Shown here: positions 9,210 through 19,053 of the stretch, piece after piece
Layout of the letters: the number at the start of each line of letters is the position of its first letter
Position numbering within the stretch: position 1 is the stretch's first letter
Source of the DNA: a virus
Lineage: Duplodnaviria > Caudoviricetes
Direction: 5' to 3' (one strand)
DNA length: 64,000 bases
IMG/VR virus record: IMGVR_UViG_3300031418_000003
Position numbers and translations under genes: made by a program
The notes under the pieces: generated by a model
What the model was told of the DNA's origin: nothing
Seen by the model: the letters and a program-made list of their open reading frames with translations, nothing else
Databases searched by the model: none

Positions 9210-11322
9210 TATCAACAACTTCTTTTAATGTCATACTGTTGGAAAGGTAAACGTTATTGACCGAAGGTTCATAGTCAATTGGTTTGAGCACCATCGCGTT
9301 ACTGAGTCGAGCATGGCCGACAGATTCAGCCACAAACTGGAACGGTACAGGACCACCGACATCAAATTTAATCTCGTTTGCAATGAGCTCAGCTTGAGGC
9401 TTCACGGTCATGGCGTTAGAGAGAAATTCATCGCTGGTATACTCAAGACCGGTTTCACCATTCTTGTGCCAATAGTCGCCATCCATTAACATCATGTATG
9501 GAAGGTTGAATTGACCTTCAGCAGTCACCGTACTTCCGATGTACTGAACAGTATAACTGGTGAGATCTTTCATCAGGTTAATCAGGAGACGTTGCTGCTC
9601 TCCTACGCTGACAATACTGTTATCTTCCCAACCGGTAACTTTACTCCAAATTGACCAGGCATAATCCAGACATTCTTCTGGAGTGTAGTCAATGAAGTCA
9701 ATATCCATCTTAGTCAAGAAATCATCGTAGGTTGCGAAATTACCGATCTTCGCCAAGCCATTTTCATAGCAAGCATTGACAGCATTTTCACGACGTGAAG
9801 AGATGAAGAGGTTGTTAACCTGTGAGTACAGTTTCTTGTGTTTCCACATTGCCGACTGTACTTCTTGACATTTCTGGAAGAACGTATCCGGGGAAATCAA
9901 TGTTGGGAAATCCACGTGGACCTTGAGAATGTTTTCACACACTTCTTTGGTTAGGATTTCATAACCACCCAATGTTTGCAATTCGGCCAATGTCGGATCA
10001 ACCAACTTGCGAACATGCCAATAGTTGTACTCTGGGATATCACCAGGTCTTGTGATCCCGCGTGAGCGATCAATGAGATAGTGCCAGAGAATAACCGCTT
10101 CACTGGTGGTCATACGGGTTGCTTTTCCGCTACGGGAGTCAACCACGTCTACATTAATATTGTACAGTCCTTCAAAAGTTAAATAGATCCACTCATTATG
10201 AAGTACCCGCATGATTCGATCGGGATCACGGTCAGTGGTATCCACCAGGTTGGATTCCAGTACCTTGGTCGGGACATCAGAGTGCAACGAGTATTTAATC
10301 GCCGACTCGGTGTCCGTGGTGGTCAAGGCTGAGGCGTCTTCGTTATCCAACGCTAAAGGCAATTCCTTGGTAATAACTTCAGGAACCGTCCAGATCTTCG
10401 TATCCACACCATACAGCTTGGTCAAGTTAATCGGGCGACTCAACACATACGGCGCAGGTTCTAAAGTATCCGTCATCTTCTCAGTAGACTGAATAACTTC
10501 ATAACGAATCAGGGGGATGTTGCGAGAGGTCAAGACTTTCTCAAGAACCAAGTCAAAACTCTCACGTCGGCCCAGCATACGAAGAACATGTTCCAGGTTA
10601 TGATACAACCACATGGTCTGGTCATTGTTAACCACGTTCTTATAAACGTCTGATAATCCCAATGAACGCAGTCTGCTCCAGATATAAAACTCATGGGCAT
10701 AGCGTGTACCATCGGCCTCTTTACGAATCATCAGAATCGAACTGATCAGCATTCCATAAAGTTGTGCCAATAGAGCTGGCAGCATTAAGTTATCAGTGTA
10801 CACATATTCTGTTTTAAACGATCCCTTTACCGTTGCGTAAATCTGCTCTTGTAAAGCAGGGATGAGTTGGTATTCATTCCACAATACATAGTCAGTATTA
10901 TATCTCAGGATTTGGTAATCATTTGCTGGGACAGATTCTGTTGGCGGGATAGGGTTTAGGATACCGTTGATCAGAATTAACTGACCGGGGTATTCAGAAA
11001 CCAATCTCGTGTAATAGTACGACCCTAATCGATATGCACGTTTGGTTGCGGTGTGAATTGCCAAGTTAGCTTTGGTGAACTCAATGACCTCGCCATTGTC
11101 CAAAGACTTGACAGTCATCATCTTGTCCATCGCTTGATGGTACTCGCCATTTAAATTGAGATAATACTTCCACTTGCTTTTGTCAGTACCCGCATCAATG
11201 TTGTAGTACTGTTTAAGCTGTTGGTTATCCAAAATAGCGAGTGCTTCACTTTTTATGATAATCGTTCTGGCGAACGCTATCGTATTTAAGATATAAGCTT
11301 TAAACTCGGTATTGTTAAGCAT
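9178..11322 (-). CDS. Baseplate wedge-like virion protein
   Basis: Start re-assigned to ATG 11322 (AGGA RBS; MLNNTEFKAY); KWKYYLNLNGEYH motif; divergent from the portal gene as in phiKZ-like phages. Confidence 0.7.
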   Translation of the reverse strand: MLNNTEFKAYILNTIAFARTIIIKSEALAILDNQQLKQYYNIDAGTDKSKWKYYLNLNGEYHQAMDKMMTVKSLDNGEVIEFTKANLAIHTATKRAYRLGSYYYTRLVSEYPGQLILINGILNPIPPTESVPANDYQILRYNTDYVLWNEYQLIPALQEQIYATVKGSFKTEYVYTDNLMLPALLAQLYGMLISSILMIRKEADGTRYAHEFYIWSRLRSLGLSDVYKNVVNNDQTMWLYHNLEHVLRMLGRRESFDLVLEKVLTSRNIPLIRYEVIQSTEKMTDTLEPAPYVLSRPINLTKLYGVDTKIWTVPEVITKELPLALDNEDASALTTTDTESAIKYSLHSDVPTKVLESNLVDTTDRDPDRIMRVLHNEWIYLTFEGLYNINVDVVDSRSGKATRMTTSEAVILWHYLIDRSRGITRPGDIPEYNYWHVRKLVDPTLAELQTLGGYEILTKEVCENILKVHVDFPTLISPDTFFQKCQEVQSAMWKHKKLYSQVNNLFISSRRENAVNACYENGLAKIGNFATYDDFLTKMDIDFIDYTPEECLDYAWSIWSKVTGWEDNSIVSVGEQQRLLINLMKDLTSYTVQYIGSTVTAEGQFNLPYMMLMDGDYWHKNGETGLEYTSDEFLSNAMTVKPQAELIANEIKFDVGGPVPFQFVAESVGHARLSNAMVLKPIDYEPSVNNVYLSNSMTLKEVVDNGEVENTLPH

Positions 11323-11350
11323 AAAGGTTCCTGTAAGGAGAATCCAGTCC

Positions 11351-14215
11351 ATGACTACAAATACTCAGCAGCTACCCAATGGGTATAAGCCTGCTGATCA
11401 GGCCAAATTAAAAGGCCGGTTGGAAAACCTTTCACCTCTCGATAAAAGTCTTCGTAGTTTATTAGTCAAGGATGATGATATAAAGAACGACAGACAGATG
11501 GAAGAGAAAAGTAAACCACCCATCTCGAAAGTAAAAAGTATTTCCGACATAATCAGTAATAACGTCCAGGCCAATACAGACCTGCGCACAATTACTCATT
11601 ATATCAAACGCGCTGAGCAAATCTGGACCGCTTTGTTGTTGAAGCCAAATGGGGATCAGCGTCAGTTATTGATCTATGACACCGAAAGTTCTGAAGTAAA
11701 GAATGGTAAACTTCATGAACTGTTACTCCAGAAAGTGGAGAACTATTTCACAACAAAATACCCCTTTGAAGAGTTGGCTCCTCAAATTATTAAAGATGTT
11801 CTTTTTCGTACCGGTTCTTATGCTCACGTAAGCATGAGTCATGCGGTTTTAGACCATCTCATTAATGGCATGGAGGTCTCAGGTACTGAGTCTTTTAAAA
11901 GCTCAACTGAGGCTGTACTGACTCAACACTTTGTTGATCGTGATTGGCGTAAAGCCCGTAACTTAGGTTATATTCGTCAAGAGAAAAAGTCTACTCACGC
12001 CATGAGTGGCCTTGAAGCACTTTACGGGAATGAAGCGCCCCGCGAACCTGAATACTCTCTAGTACACCCTGATCTTAACTGGACCTTTACCGATAACCCT
12101 GTCGTCATTAAAGTCGGTGAACTGACCCAAGCCCTGCGTGAGGAACGCTTGCGTCAGATGGCGGGGATGGAAGGTGTTGACTCTGCGATCAGCAACGTCT
12201 TTAAGAAAGAAAAGGGTAAGCGTCACAAAGCCAACAACAACCATGTTGTTATTCCTGATAAAAAGGAATTGGATAAACAACTGGCTGAGCTGTACCCTAA
12301 TCGTCGTTATGACCATCTTGAAACACTGTCCGTACGTAAAGGGAAGTTCTATACTGGGACGGGTCGTGGATTGGGGATCAGTTACCACTGGCCAACTGAA
12401 TCGTGCATTCCGGTTCATGTTAATGGTGAGATTGGTAAGCCGTTTGGCTTTATCTTACTGACTGACCCCGATACCGGTTCACCACTGAAAACTGTTAGTG
12501 ACGTTAAGTTCTATCAGACCACTAAGAGCGGTGGTGCAGGTGCAGTCGGTGCAGGTCCCGCGGTTAACTCCATCAATGATATCATTCAGCAGATTCGCAC
12601 CATTTCTACAGGCGGTGAATGTACCGCGGATATGGGCTGGATGTCAGAGTTTGCTTCTGCCACACTTGAGAAAGAATTCATTCAGGGATTCTTCAACGGT
12701 GATCTGGGCAAAGACGTTAGCGTGTCATTAACTGAAGAGAACAAAAAGTTGTACCTGTCTCGTGCCCTGAAACAACAGGGTGTGCGTGCGATCTTTGTCC
12801 CTTCTGAATATGTGACTTATGCTGCTGTTGACTGGAACCGTATAGGTGTTGGTCGCTCTCTGGTTGATGAAGCTAAACTGCACATTGCCCGTCTGGCGGT
12901 ATTGGATACAGCAAACGCCCTGGCCCAGGTTGAGAACTCCATCTCTCACACCTTACTGGAAATTACTCCAGAAGAAGAAGATGTGGACATTCGTAACACG
13001 GTTTCCTTGCTGCGTGATGAATGGTTCTCTGGTAACCCGACTCTGCATGATATCCTGGGTTACAACAACGTTTCTATCGATGCGATTCTGGATCGGTTTA
13101 AAGAACAATCACTGACGGTTAAGGTCAATGCTTCCAGCAACCCACACACCGTGAATCCTGACATCACTGCCTCACAGATGGAACGTGAGCCACTGAAGAC
13201 GGTTGACCCAGAAGCCCGTGAACAGTTGTTGAACACGATCTCTGGTTTCTTTGGACTGAAACGTAGTTGGTTAGAAGACACGGGTGAAGGTAATGACTTT
13301 GCAATCGAAGCATTAGCGGATCAAGAACTTCTGCGTAACCAGACCAACGAATACTCTCGCATCTTCTCCCAGTACTTCACTGACATCATGCGCAAACACA
13401 TGCGTGTTAATGAAGCCTTTATCGGTGAGTTGGTTGAGGTCATTAAAGAGAACAAAACTCTTTATATGAAATCTGACCAAACCGGTTCACTGGAAGTCAA
13501 AGAAGAGACTGCTGAAAAAATCAACAAGACTGGTGATGATGATACTGAAGTTGAGGATGTAGAACAGATTGAACTGGTTCTGAAAGATTTCTTGAACACG
13601 TTCTTTGTTCTGTTACCAACTCCAGCGATTACTGACTCTCTGGTTAAACTTGAAGATAAGATCGAAGCGGTTGAGAAGTTAGTTGAGTCTTGGGTTAACC
13701 TGGGTGGTGGTTCTAAGCTATTGAAACGTCGTGCAGAAGAAGCAGGTCTGAACGGTGATGATATTGTCGAGAACATGAAAGCTATTCTACTCAACGAAGC
13801 CTTTGAGCGCTTTAACTTACCGATGCCATTCGAAGCGATTCTGAATAAAGGTAAGACCGGCGGCATGATGACCTATATCAACAAGTCTGTTGATCTGGAC
13901 ACCAACGTACTGTCGTTCTTGCTGGAGTACCGTAAGGGTATTCATAAGAATGCGAAGAAAGCCGAGAAGCTTAAAGAGCAAGTTGACAAGGATAATAACC
14001 CGATAGACAACGACCAGCTCCCAGAAGGTGAAGAGGATTTCACCGGTGATGGAACGCAGGTTGACGTTGGAGATGAAACTATCACTGACGGGAATGGTAA
14101 CACTGATGTAGTTCAGCAAACTGAAAATAGCGATGATCTCGCTGATCAGGATGATGGACTGAATGATGAAACCAAACCTGATCCTAGTGATGATATCTGG
14201 GGTGGTAATCAGTAA
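11351..14215 (+). CDS. Portal protein
   Basis: Start re-assigned to ATG 11351 (AAGGAG RBS); ~954 aa; DVLFRTGSY and GIGRSL-like (GVGRSL) motifs, acidic C-tail, GxE processing sites, synteny. Confidence 0.8.
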   Translation: MTTNTQQLPNGYKPADQAKLKGRLENLSPLDKSLRSLLVKDDDIKNDRQMEEKSKPPISKVKSISDIISNNVQANTDLRTITHYIKRAEQIWTALLLKPNGDQRQLLIYDTESSEVKNGKLHELLLQKVENYFTTKYPFEELAPQIIKDVLFRTGSYAHVSMSHAVLDHLINGMEVSGTESFKSSTEAVLTQHFVDRDWRKARNLGYIRQEKKSTHAMSGLEALYGNEAPREPEYSLVHPDLNWTFTDNPVVIKVGELTQALREERLRQMAGMEGVDSAISNVFKKEKGKRHKANNNHVVIPDKKELDKQLAELYPNRRYDHLETLSVRKGKFYTGTGRGLGISYHWPTESCIPVHVNGEIGKPFGFILLTDPDTGSPLKTVSDVKFYQTTKSGGAGAVGAGPAVNSINDIIQQIRTISTGGECTADMGWMSEFASATLEKEFIQGFFNGDLGKDVSVSLTEENKKLYLSRALKQQGVRAIFVPSEYVTYAAVDWNRIGVGRSLVDEAKLHIARLAVLDTANALAQVENSISHTLLEITPEEEDVDIRNTVSLLRDEWFSGNPTLHDILGYNNVSIDAILDRFKEQSLTVKVNASSNPHTVNPDITASQMEREPLKTVDPEAREQLLNTISGFFGLKRSWLEDTGEGNDFAIEALADQELLRNQTNEYSRIFSQYFTDIMRKHMRVNEAFIGELVEVIKENKTLYMKSDQTGSLEVKEETAEKINKTGDDDTEVEDVEQIELVLKDFLNTFFVLLPTPAITDSLVKLEDKIEAVEKLVESWVNLGGGSKLLKRRAEEAGLNGDDIVENMKAILLNEAFERFNLPMPFEAILNKGKTGGMMTYINKSVDLDTNVLSFLLEYRKGIHKNAKKAEKLKEQVDKDNNPIDNDQLPEGEEDFTGDGTQVDVGDETITDGNGNTDVVQQTENSDDLADQDDGLNDETKPDPSDDIWGGNQ

Positions 14216-14243
14216 GAAACAAAAAAAATTAAGTACAGTAAAA

Positions 14244-14271
14244 CCCTACTCTCCCAATTGGGAGAGTAGGG
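14244..14271. terminator. Conserved-family palindrome (copy 2), perfect 28 bp
   Basis: CCCTACTCTCCC-AATT-GGGAGAGTAGGG between convergent genes. Confidence 0.8.
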
Positions 14272-14277
14272 AATTGC

Positions 14278-14814
14278 TTATGCTTCTGCTGCCAGGTCTT
14301 CAACGTTGACAGCGATTTTGCCTTTGATCAGGTTCAGTGCTGCATCACGCACATAGGCAGATGCAACAAAGGTACCGTTACCTACCAGGCTGGTGCTAAC
14401 CACGCTCGCCATGAAGTTGTTGTTCACAACTGGTACGAAGTCCAGACCAAAACGCAGAGTAGAAGCAACCAGAGCAGTTGCGGTACCCACGCCAGCGATT
14501 TCCAGAGCAGAGTACTGCTCGGCGTTATCACCGTCCAAGTTAGCGCGCAGTTTGTTGGTTACCAGCATATCGCCAACAGAACCTGCTGCAGCGATGGCAC
14601 CAGCACCCACAACGTCAACCCAGCTGCGACGACGCAGTGAGGCTTTGACGCCTTGCAGTTTACCGGCCTTTACAACTTCCGCAACAACGTCATCTGCTTT
14701 AGCGGTATCTGCTGCTGTCAGAGTTTTCTGCTCAACAGTTTCAACGGTTTCGATTGCGCCGTTGTTAGTGATAGTTTCGTTGGTGTTCTGAGCAGTGGTG
14801 TTAGTGTGTTTCAT
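14278..14814 (-). CDS. Ala/Val/Gly-rich putative membrane-associated protein, probably early-expressed
   Basis: 178 aa, AAGGA RBS, three Gly/Ala-rich hydrophobic segments, host-like codon usage. Confidence 0.65.
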   Translation of the reverse strand: MKHTNTTAQNTNETITNNGAIETVETVEQKTLTAADTAKADDVVAEVVKAGKLQGVKASLRRRSWVDVVGAGAIAAAGSVGDMLVTNKLRANLDGDNAEQYSALEIAGVGTATALVASTLRFGLDFVPVVNNNFMASVVSTSLVGNGTFVASAYVRDAALNLIKGKIAVNVEDLAAEA

Positions 14815-14880
14815 GATGATTCCTTACTAAGTTTAGGATTGAGTTTAAGCATTAGGAATTAATACTTATTGTTTATACAC

Positions 14881-14904
14881 TATAATTATATATGTCTGAA
14901 ATTT
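14881..14904 (-). promoter_or_regulatory. Putative early (virion RNAP) promoter AAATTTCAGACATATATAATTATA
   Basis: AT-rich TATAT-containing motif ~70 nt upstream of the 14814 ATG; similar to the motif at 58456-58479 and to phiKZ-type early promoters. Confidence 0.5.
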
Positions 14905-14919
14905 CTTGTAACTGAATTC

Positions 14920-16020
14920 TCAGCGCTTTTTCATCCCCGTTATCGGAGTCTCAAGATGATAACGTTTATCATCGGGATTAAGAAACTTATTAAACAGTTT
15001 CAAAATGGAGATGGTTCTACCACGGAATAATTCCCAATACACATCCTGAAAGTGTATTGCAATCTCCCACTTAGTAAGCTCAGGATCAAAATCATCCGGA
15101 TCAAGCATATGGACGTGACCCTTGTATTCGCCATACAAAGTACCAGCAAGTTCGATAAATTGAAAGGCACTCACCCCATAATTACCATTATAATAAAGCT
15201 CTTTCAATGCTCCCTCTAGTTCTTTGATGTGACTGTTCTCCATCCCTTCGATCTCTAGCGAAAGATAGCTAGGGCTTTCTACTACATAGTTGATATCAAT
15301 TGGGTGAGGAAGCATATCTTCAGCTGTAGCATTTCTCAGGTTCTCACTGTTACTTGTCCTGATTGCATTCAGTGTGGGTTCATGACCTGCCGTCCACTCT
15401 TCTAGCAAAGAAGGTCGAGTATGAAGATACTTCTCATCAAACTCTTTAACAGAGAACCCTTCCAGTTTCATTCCCGATTTCAGCGGAATAGCTGAATTAA
15501 GAATTTGCAACAAGATACCTTTGGTTCTCTTGTCGCCTGAAAATTCAACAAAAGACTCTGCGCTACGAACCCACTCAAACGGGTGTTTATCTGGATAAGC
15601 ATCTATCTGTGCGAGTAGAGCTCTAACCGCGGTTTGGGTTTCAGGGGTTGATTTGGAACTCTTTAGATGCACACCCTTAATCTCAACGGGAGGGAATTGT
15701 TTACACCGTTCGATCTGGGTTTGAGTGGGTCGGTTAAAATTGTACCCATGTTTTTCTTGGGTCCACTCTCGCGTACCAATAGTGAGTTCCTGAAGTTTAG
15801 GGTGTTGTTTATCACTACCGTAGAGGTTCAATAAGAATCCATCCTCAGGAGTCAAGTCAAGTATCGGCACTTCCTGTGGAAAAAAGTTCTCTGTCCGATA
15901 AAGCATCCCGTTATGGAATGTCAACTCACCACTGCTCAGCATCTCCGCTTCTTTTTGAGTGATAAGGAATTGGTCTTCTGTGGTGTCAAAAGTTATTAGT
16001 GCTGGATCAATCTTTTTCAT
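14920..16020 (-). CDS. Hypothetical protein
   Basis: Start re-assigned to ATG 16020 (GGAG RBS); 366 aa; no recognised motif. Confidence 0.7.
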   Translation of the reverse strand: MKKIDPALITFDTTEDQFLITQKEAEMLSSGELTFHNGMLYRTENFFPQEVPILDLTPEDGFLLNLYGSDKQHPKLQELTIGTREWTQEKHGYNFNRPTQTQIERCKQFPPVEIKGVHLKSSKSTPETQTAVRALLAQIDAYPDKHPFEWVRSAESFVEFSGDKRTKGILLQILNSAIPLKSGMKLEGFSVKEFDEKYLHTRPSLLEEWTAGHEPTLNAIRTSNSENLRNATAEDMLPHPIDINYVVESPSYLSLEIEGMENSHIKELEGALKELYYNGNYGVSAFQFIELAGTLYGEYKGHVHMLDPDDFDPELTKWEIAIHFQDVYWELFRGRTISILKLFNKFLNPDDKRYHLETPITGMKKR

Positions 16021-16076
16021 TTGCTTCTCTCCAGAAATTTTCAGAATGGTATTCATGATGCACATTTAGTTAACCC

Positions 16077-16508
16077 TTAACGGTAATTAACCAGCGTACG
16101 TTCTTGATTAACGAGGGCGTGACGAATTAATCGACGAAGGTCTTCGGTAGTAAAATTCTTCAGTTGAAGCAACGCACCTTTATTAGCGGACATTACTTTA
16201 CTTTTATCCAAACGCCATTCCAGAAAACGACGAACTTCGGGTAAAGCAGGTTCCTGTACCATAAGTCGCAATTTGCCATTGCATTTGTTAATGCCTTTCA
16301 AGCGAATAGAATAACGTTCGTATTCACCATTCACAATAAGAACGAATTCCTCATTCTCTTGGATCTCGTCTAACGCCCCTTCCCCAAAAGTGGTACCCTG
16401 GGAGAAACGCAATTTGTTCAGACGTTGTGACAACTCTTCTGTCTTCAATAAGGTCAATTCTTTCTTGGATTTTGACGGTACGAAAATAGAAGTGGTAAAG
16501 GTTTTCAT
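16077..16508 (-). CDS. Hypothetical protein
   Basis: 143-aa ORF with AGGA RBS. Confidence 0.65.
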   Translation of the reverse strand: MKTFTTSIFVPSKSKKELTLLKTEELSQRLNKLRFSQGTTFGEGALDEIQENEEFVLIVNGEYERYSIRLKGINKCNGKLRLMVQEPALPEVRRFLEWRLDKSKVMSANKGALLQLKNFTTEDLRRLIRHALVNQERTLVNYR

Positions 16509-16628
16509 TAATACATTCCTGAGCTGTGGTTAAACAATGTGTAAGAGCCTGTAAACAGCTTTTGCTATATAAAGGATACATATTCCTTCTATATAATAAA
16601 AGACGCTCTGTGAGCGATACAGTAGCAA

Positions 16629-16656
16629 AGAGAGCCTACCCGAAGGCAGGCTCTCT
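16629..16656 (-). terminator. Intrinsic terminator with UUCG tetraloop
   Basis: Minus strand AGAGAGCCTGCC-TTCG-GGTAGGCTCTCT-TTG, downstream of the 784-aa gene. Confidence 0.75.
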
Positions 16657-16695
16657 AGGTTAACTTAATTCATGAATTAACTTATTTGCTACCGA

Positions 16696-19050
16696 TCACT
16701 TACAGACGGGGAACGGGTGAGTTAAATCTTCTTCTGACGACACTGCGCGTAACACGAATACGCCTTCAGGATCAATACCAGAACGAGTCAATACCCAAAC
16801 CTTATTACCCTTATCTTTACGGAACTTCATCAGTACCTGCGGATATTCACTGAAGTGGCGACCTGCTACTTCAATGGCTTTCCGTACTACCGCGAATAGT
16901 TCAGGGTTGATGGATTCCTTTAAATACACTGCGTCAAGTTGAACGGGACCGTTTTCCTTGATCATGTTAATGAAGACACTATCACGCTTGAAAATGATCT
17001 TGCGTTTAGCAGCTGTCATCATGACCGCACGGGTTTCGTCATCTTCTTTCTTGAATAGCTCTTCAAACTCTTTCTGAGCATCTTCTTTGCTCATCAGAAT
17101 TTCGATTCCATTACGGATGAAATCGTTAGAACCATAATCCATGAAAGCACGCAGTGCTGGATGATCATTTTGTTTCAGATACTCCAGGAGATCTTCCAGA
17201 TCTTCAAAGAGATTTCCAACACGCAGATACTCCAGAGATTTATCTGCCTTAGATTCAGCATACCCACGGGATTCAACTAACCAGCGGTTTACCAAATTAG
17301 TCAGATAGTCGTTCAAGAACGTCACAAACTCTTCGTCGCCATACTCACGACATTGACCACGCAGTGAACGAATCACACGCGCCGTGTCAACTTTCTCTTC
17401 TTTATTACCACGAACCATCAGCTTGAACTGAGAATAGAACAGATCCATATCAGTACCCACTGGCAGGGTCCACTGACGAGTGTTCGCCATCGGTAAAACA
17501 AATGCATCAAGTTTGGAGGTCGGATCATGCGATTCAGTAAAGATGTCGATACGAGAGATCGTATTCTCAGTACTGATGTTCGCCTGCATCGGACGACTGC
17601 TTACCATGACATTTGGTTTTTCTTTCAGTTCCTTCATTTCTTCCATAGGTACAATGTACCCTTCACGGATGAATTCAGATGTCTCCATGACTTTCGGATC
17701 CCAGGTTGTTTTCTGGACGCCGTCTTCTTCATACATCAGTGGGAGGAGTTTGGAAGGATCACTAATAAGGTCATTCATTTCCATTGGATCACTGAGGCTA
17801 TAATTAATGAAGCGATAATCAAAAGTACCTTGTTGCCAGTCGAAAGACCACACTGCCAGTTTACCCAGCACGTTGGTATCACGCATGGAATACGAGGAAC
17901 CATCCTGCTTACGGAACGCTTTGGTGATGAAATCCAGGTGATAGCGATGCAATAACCAGAAGCCAGTTTGACCCAGCGGTGCACCGAAGTCGCTCAGATT
18001 AAATTGCATACGATTTTCAAAGCTGAAATCTTCGATCTTCAACGTAGGTTTGTCAAAGTTATCGTAGCTTGGGATGCTCATCTGATTTTGCTGATGAACA
18101 ACTTCACCATAGATGTTGTTTTGTTTATTGCTATTGACTTTCTGGGCAACCCAGTTACTGAAGTCGTTAGCACCAATGTTGGTTTGCTGTTGAATTGTGT
18201 TCATGTCATAGACGTGACCACCCATGCCCATGTTTGCTGGCTCAGCCACATCCAGTAACGGATTATGAACGATGGTGTTCTCAGCGATACTCCCCATCTT
18301 CCCTTTACTGTATGGGCATTCCATATCGGCAAACAGACAACGCGCCATGACCTGTTGAAACGTTGGTTCTTCACGTTCAGCAAGTGCCTTTTTAGCCAAC
18401 GCACTCATTTTATAAAACTCTTGAGAGTTATTGGAAAGATAATCGATGAACTGCAGTGTAAGGATATCAATAGAAGCATGATACACTACATCCTGCATTG
18501 CTTGTTGAGAGCGCATTTGATCGTTGCCGGTCATAAGCTGCCAGGCCATAAAAGAACCAAACTGAATGCCGACCTGGGCCAGAATAAAGTTATGGAGCGC
18601 CTGGTTGTTCTCAACGTCGTTTACAAACTGCTCAAGGGCATGGTCTTTTGGGCCATTACGCTCAACGGATTTAAACCGATCTAATGCAGACTTCCAGGCA
18701 AGATACATTGGACTACCTTGCTTGCGTTGCATACAGAGATTGACCACGTGGTTAGCCACATGTCCGCCTTCCGCCAATGCTTGTTTCTTTATCTGCTCTT
18801 CACCGATGTTGTCATCCAAACCAATCATTGCCGCATAGTTAGTGCGACTTGGTCCATATGAGTACAACGACGCCATACTGTTATTCTGAGTATTCATCCC
18901 GCCAGCAAATTTCGCTGCAGCACCTGCCAACAGTGCAAATGGGTTATAATTACTCTGAGGTTGTTGCATACCGGGTTGCTGCATGCCAGGTTGTTGTGGT
19001 TGCTGCGGACGACCTACCATTACTCTACCGTTGTTGCCGTTGTTCATCAT
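16696..19050 (-). CDS. Conserved large hypothetical protein with Q/N/P/M-rich N-terminus
   Basis: 784 aa, directly downstream of the nvRNAP subunit; begins MMNNGNNGRVMVGRPQQPQQPGMQQPGMQQPQ. Confidence 0.75.
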   Translation of the reverse strand: MMNNGNNGRVMVGRPQQPQQPGMQQPGMQQPQSNYNPFALLAGAAAKFAGGMNTQNNSMASLYSYGPSRTNYAAMIGLDDNIGEEQIKKQALAEGGHVANHVVNLCMQRKQGSPMYLAWKSALDRFKSVERNGPKDHALEQFVNDVENNQALHNFILAQVGIQFGSFMAWQLMTGNDQMRSQQAMQDVVYHASIDILTLQFIDYLSNNSQEFYKMSALAKKALAEREEPTFQQVMARCLFADMECPYSKGKMGSIAENTIVHNPLLDVAEPANMGMGGHVYDMNTIQQQTNIGANDFSNWVAQKVNSNKQNNIYGEVVHQQNQMSIPSYDNFDKPTLKIEDFSFENRMQFNLSDFGAPLGQTGFWLLHRYHLDFITKAFRKQDGSSYSMRDTNVLGKLAVWSFDWQQGTFDYRFINYSLSDPMEMNDLISDPSKLLPLMYEEDGVQKTTWDPKVMETSEFIREGYIVPMEEMKELKEKPNVMVSSRPMQANISTENTISRIDIFTESHDPTSKLDAFVLPMANTRQWTLPVGTDMDLFYSQFKLMVRGNKEEKVDTARVIRSLRGQCREYGDEEFVTFLNDYLTNLVNRWLVESRGYAESKADKSLEYLRVGNLFEDLEDLLEYLKQNDHPALRAFMDYGSNDFIRNGIEILMSKEDAQKEFEELFKKEDDETRAVMMTAAKRKIIFKRDSVFINMIKENGPVQLDAVYLKESINPELFAVVRKAIEVAGRHFSEYPQVLMKFRKDKGNKVWVLTRSGIDPEGVFVLRAVSSEEDLTHPFPVCK

Positions 19051-19053
19051 TTA

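Noticed and set aside
18960-19010. Short tandem repeats (CAGCAACC / GGTTG-type)
   Set aside because: They encode the QQP/GMQQP peptide repeats; not a CRISPR array or VNTR.
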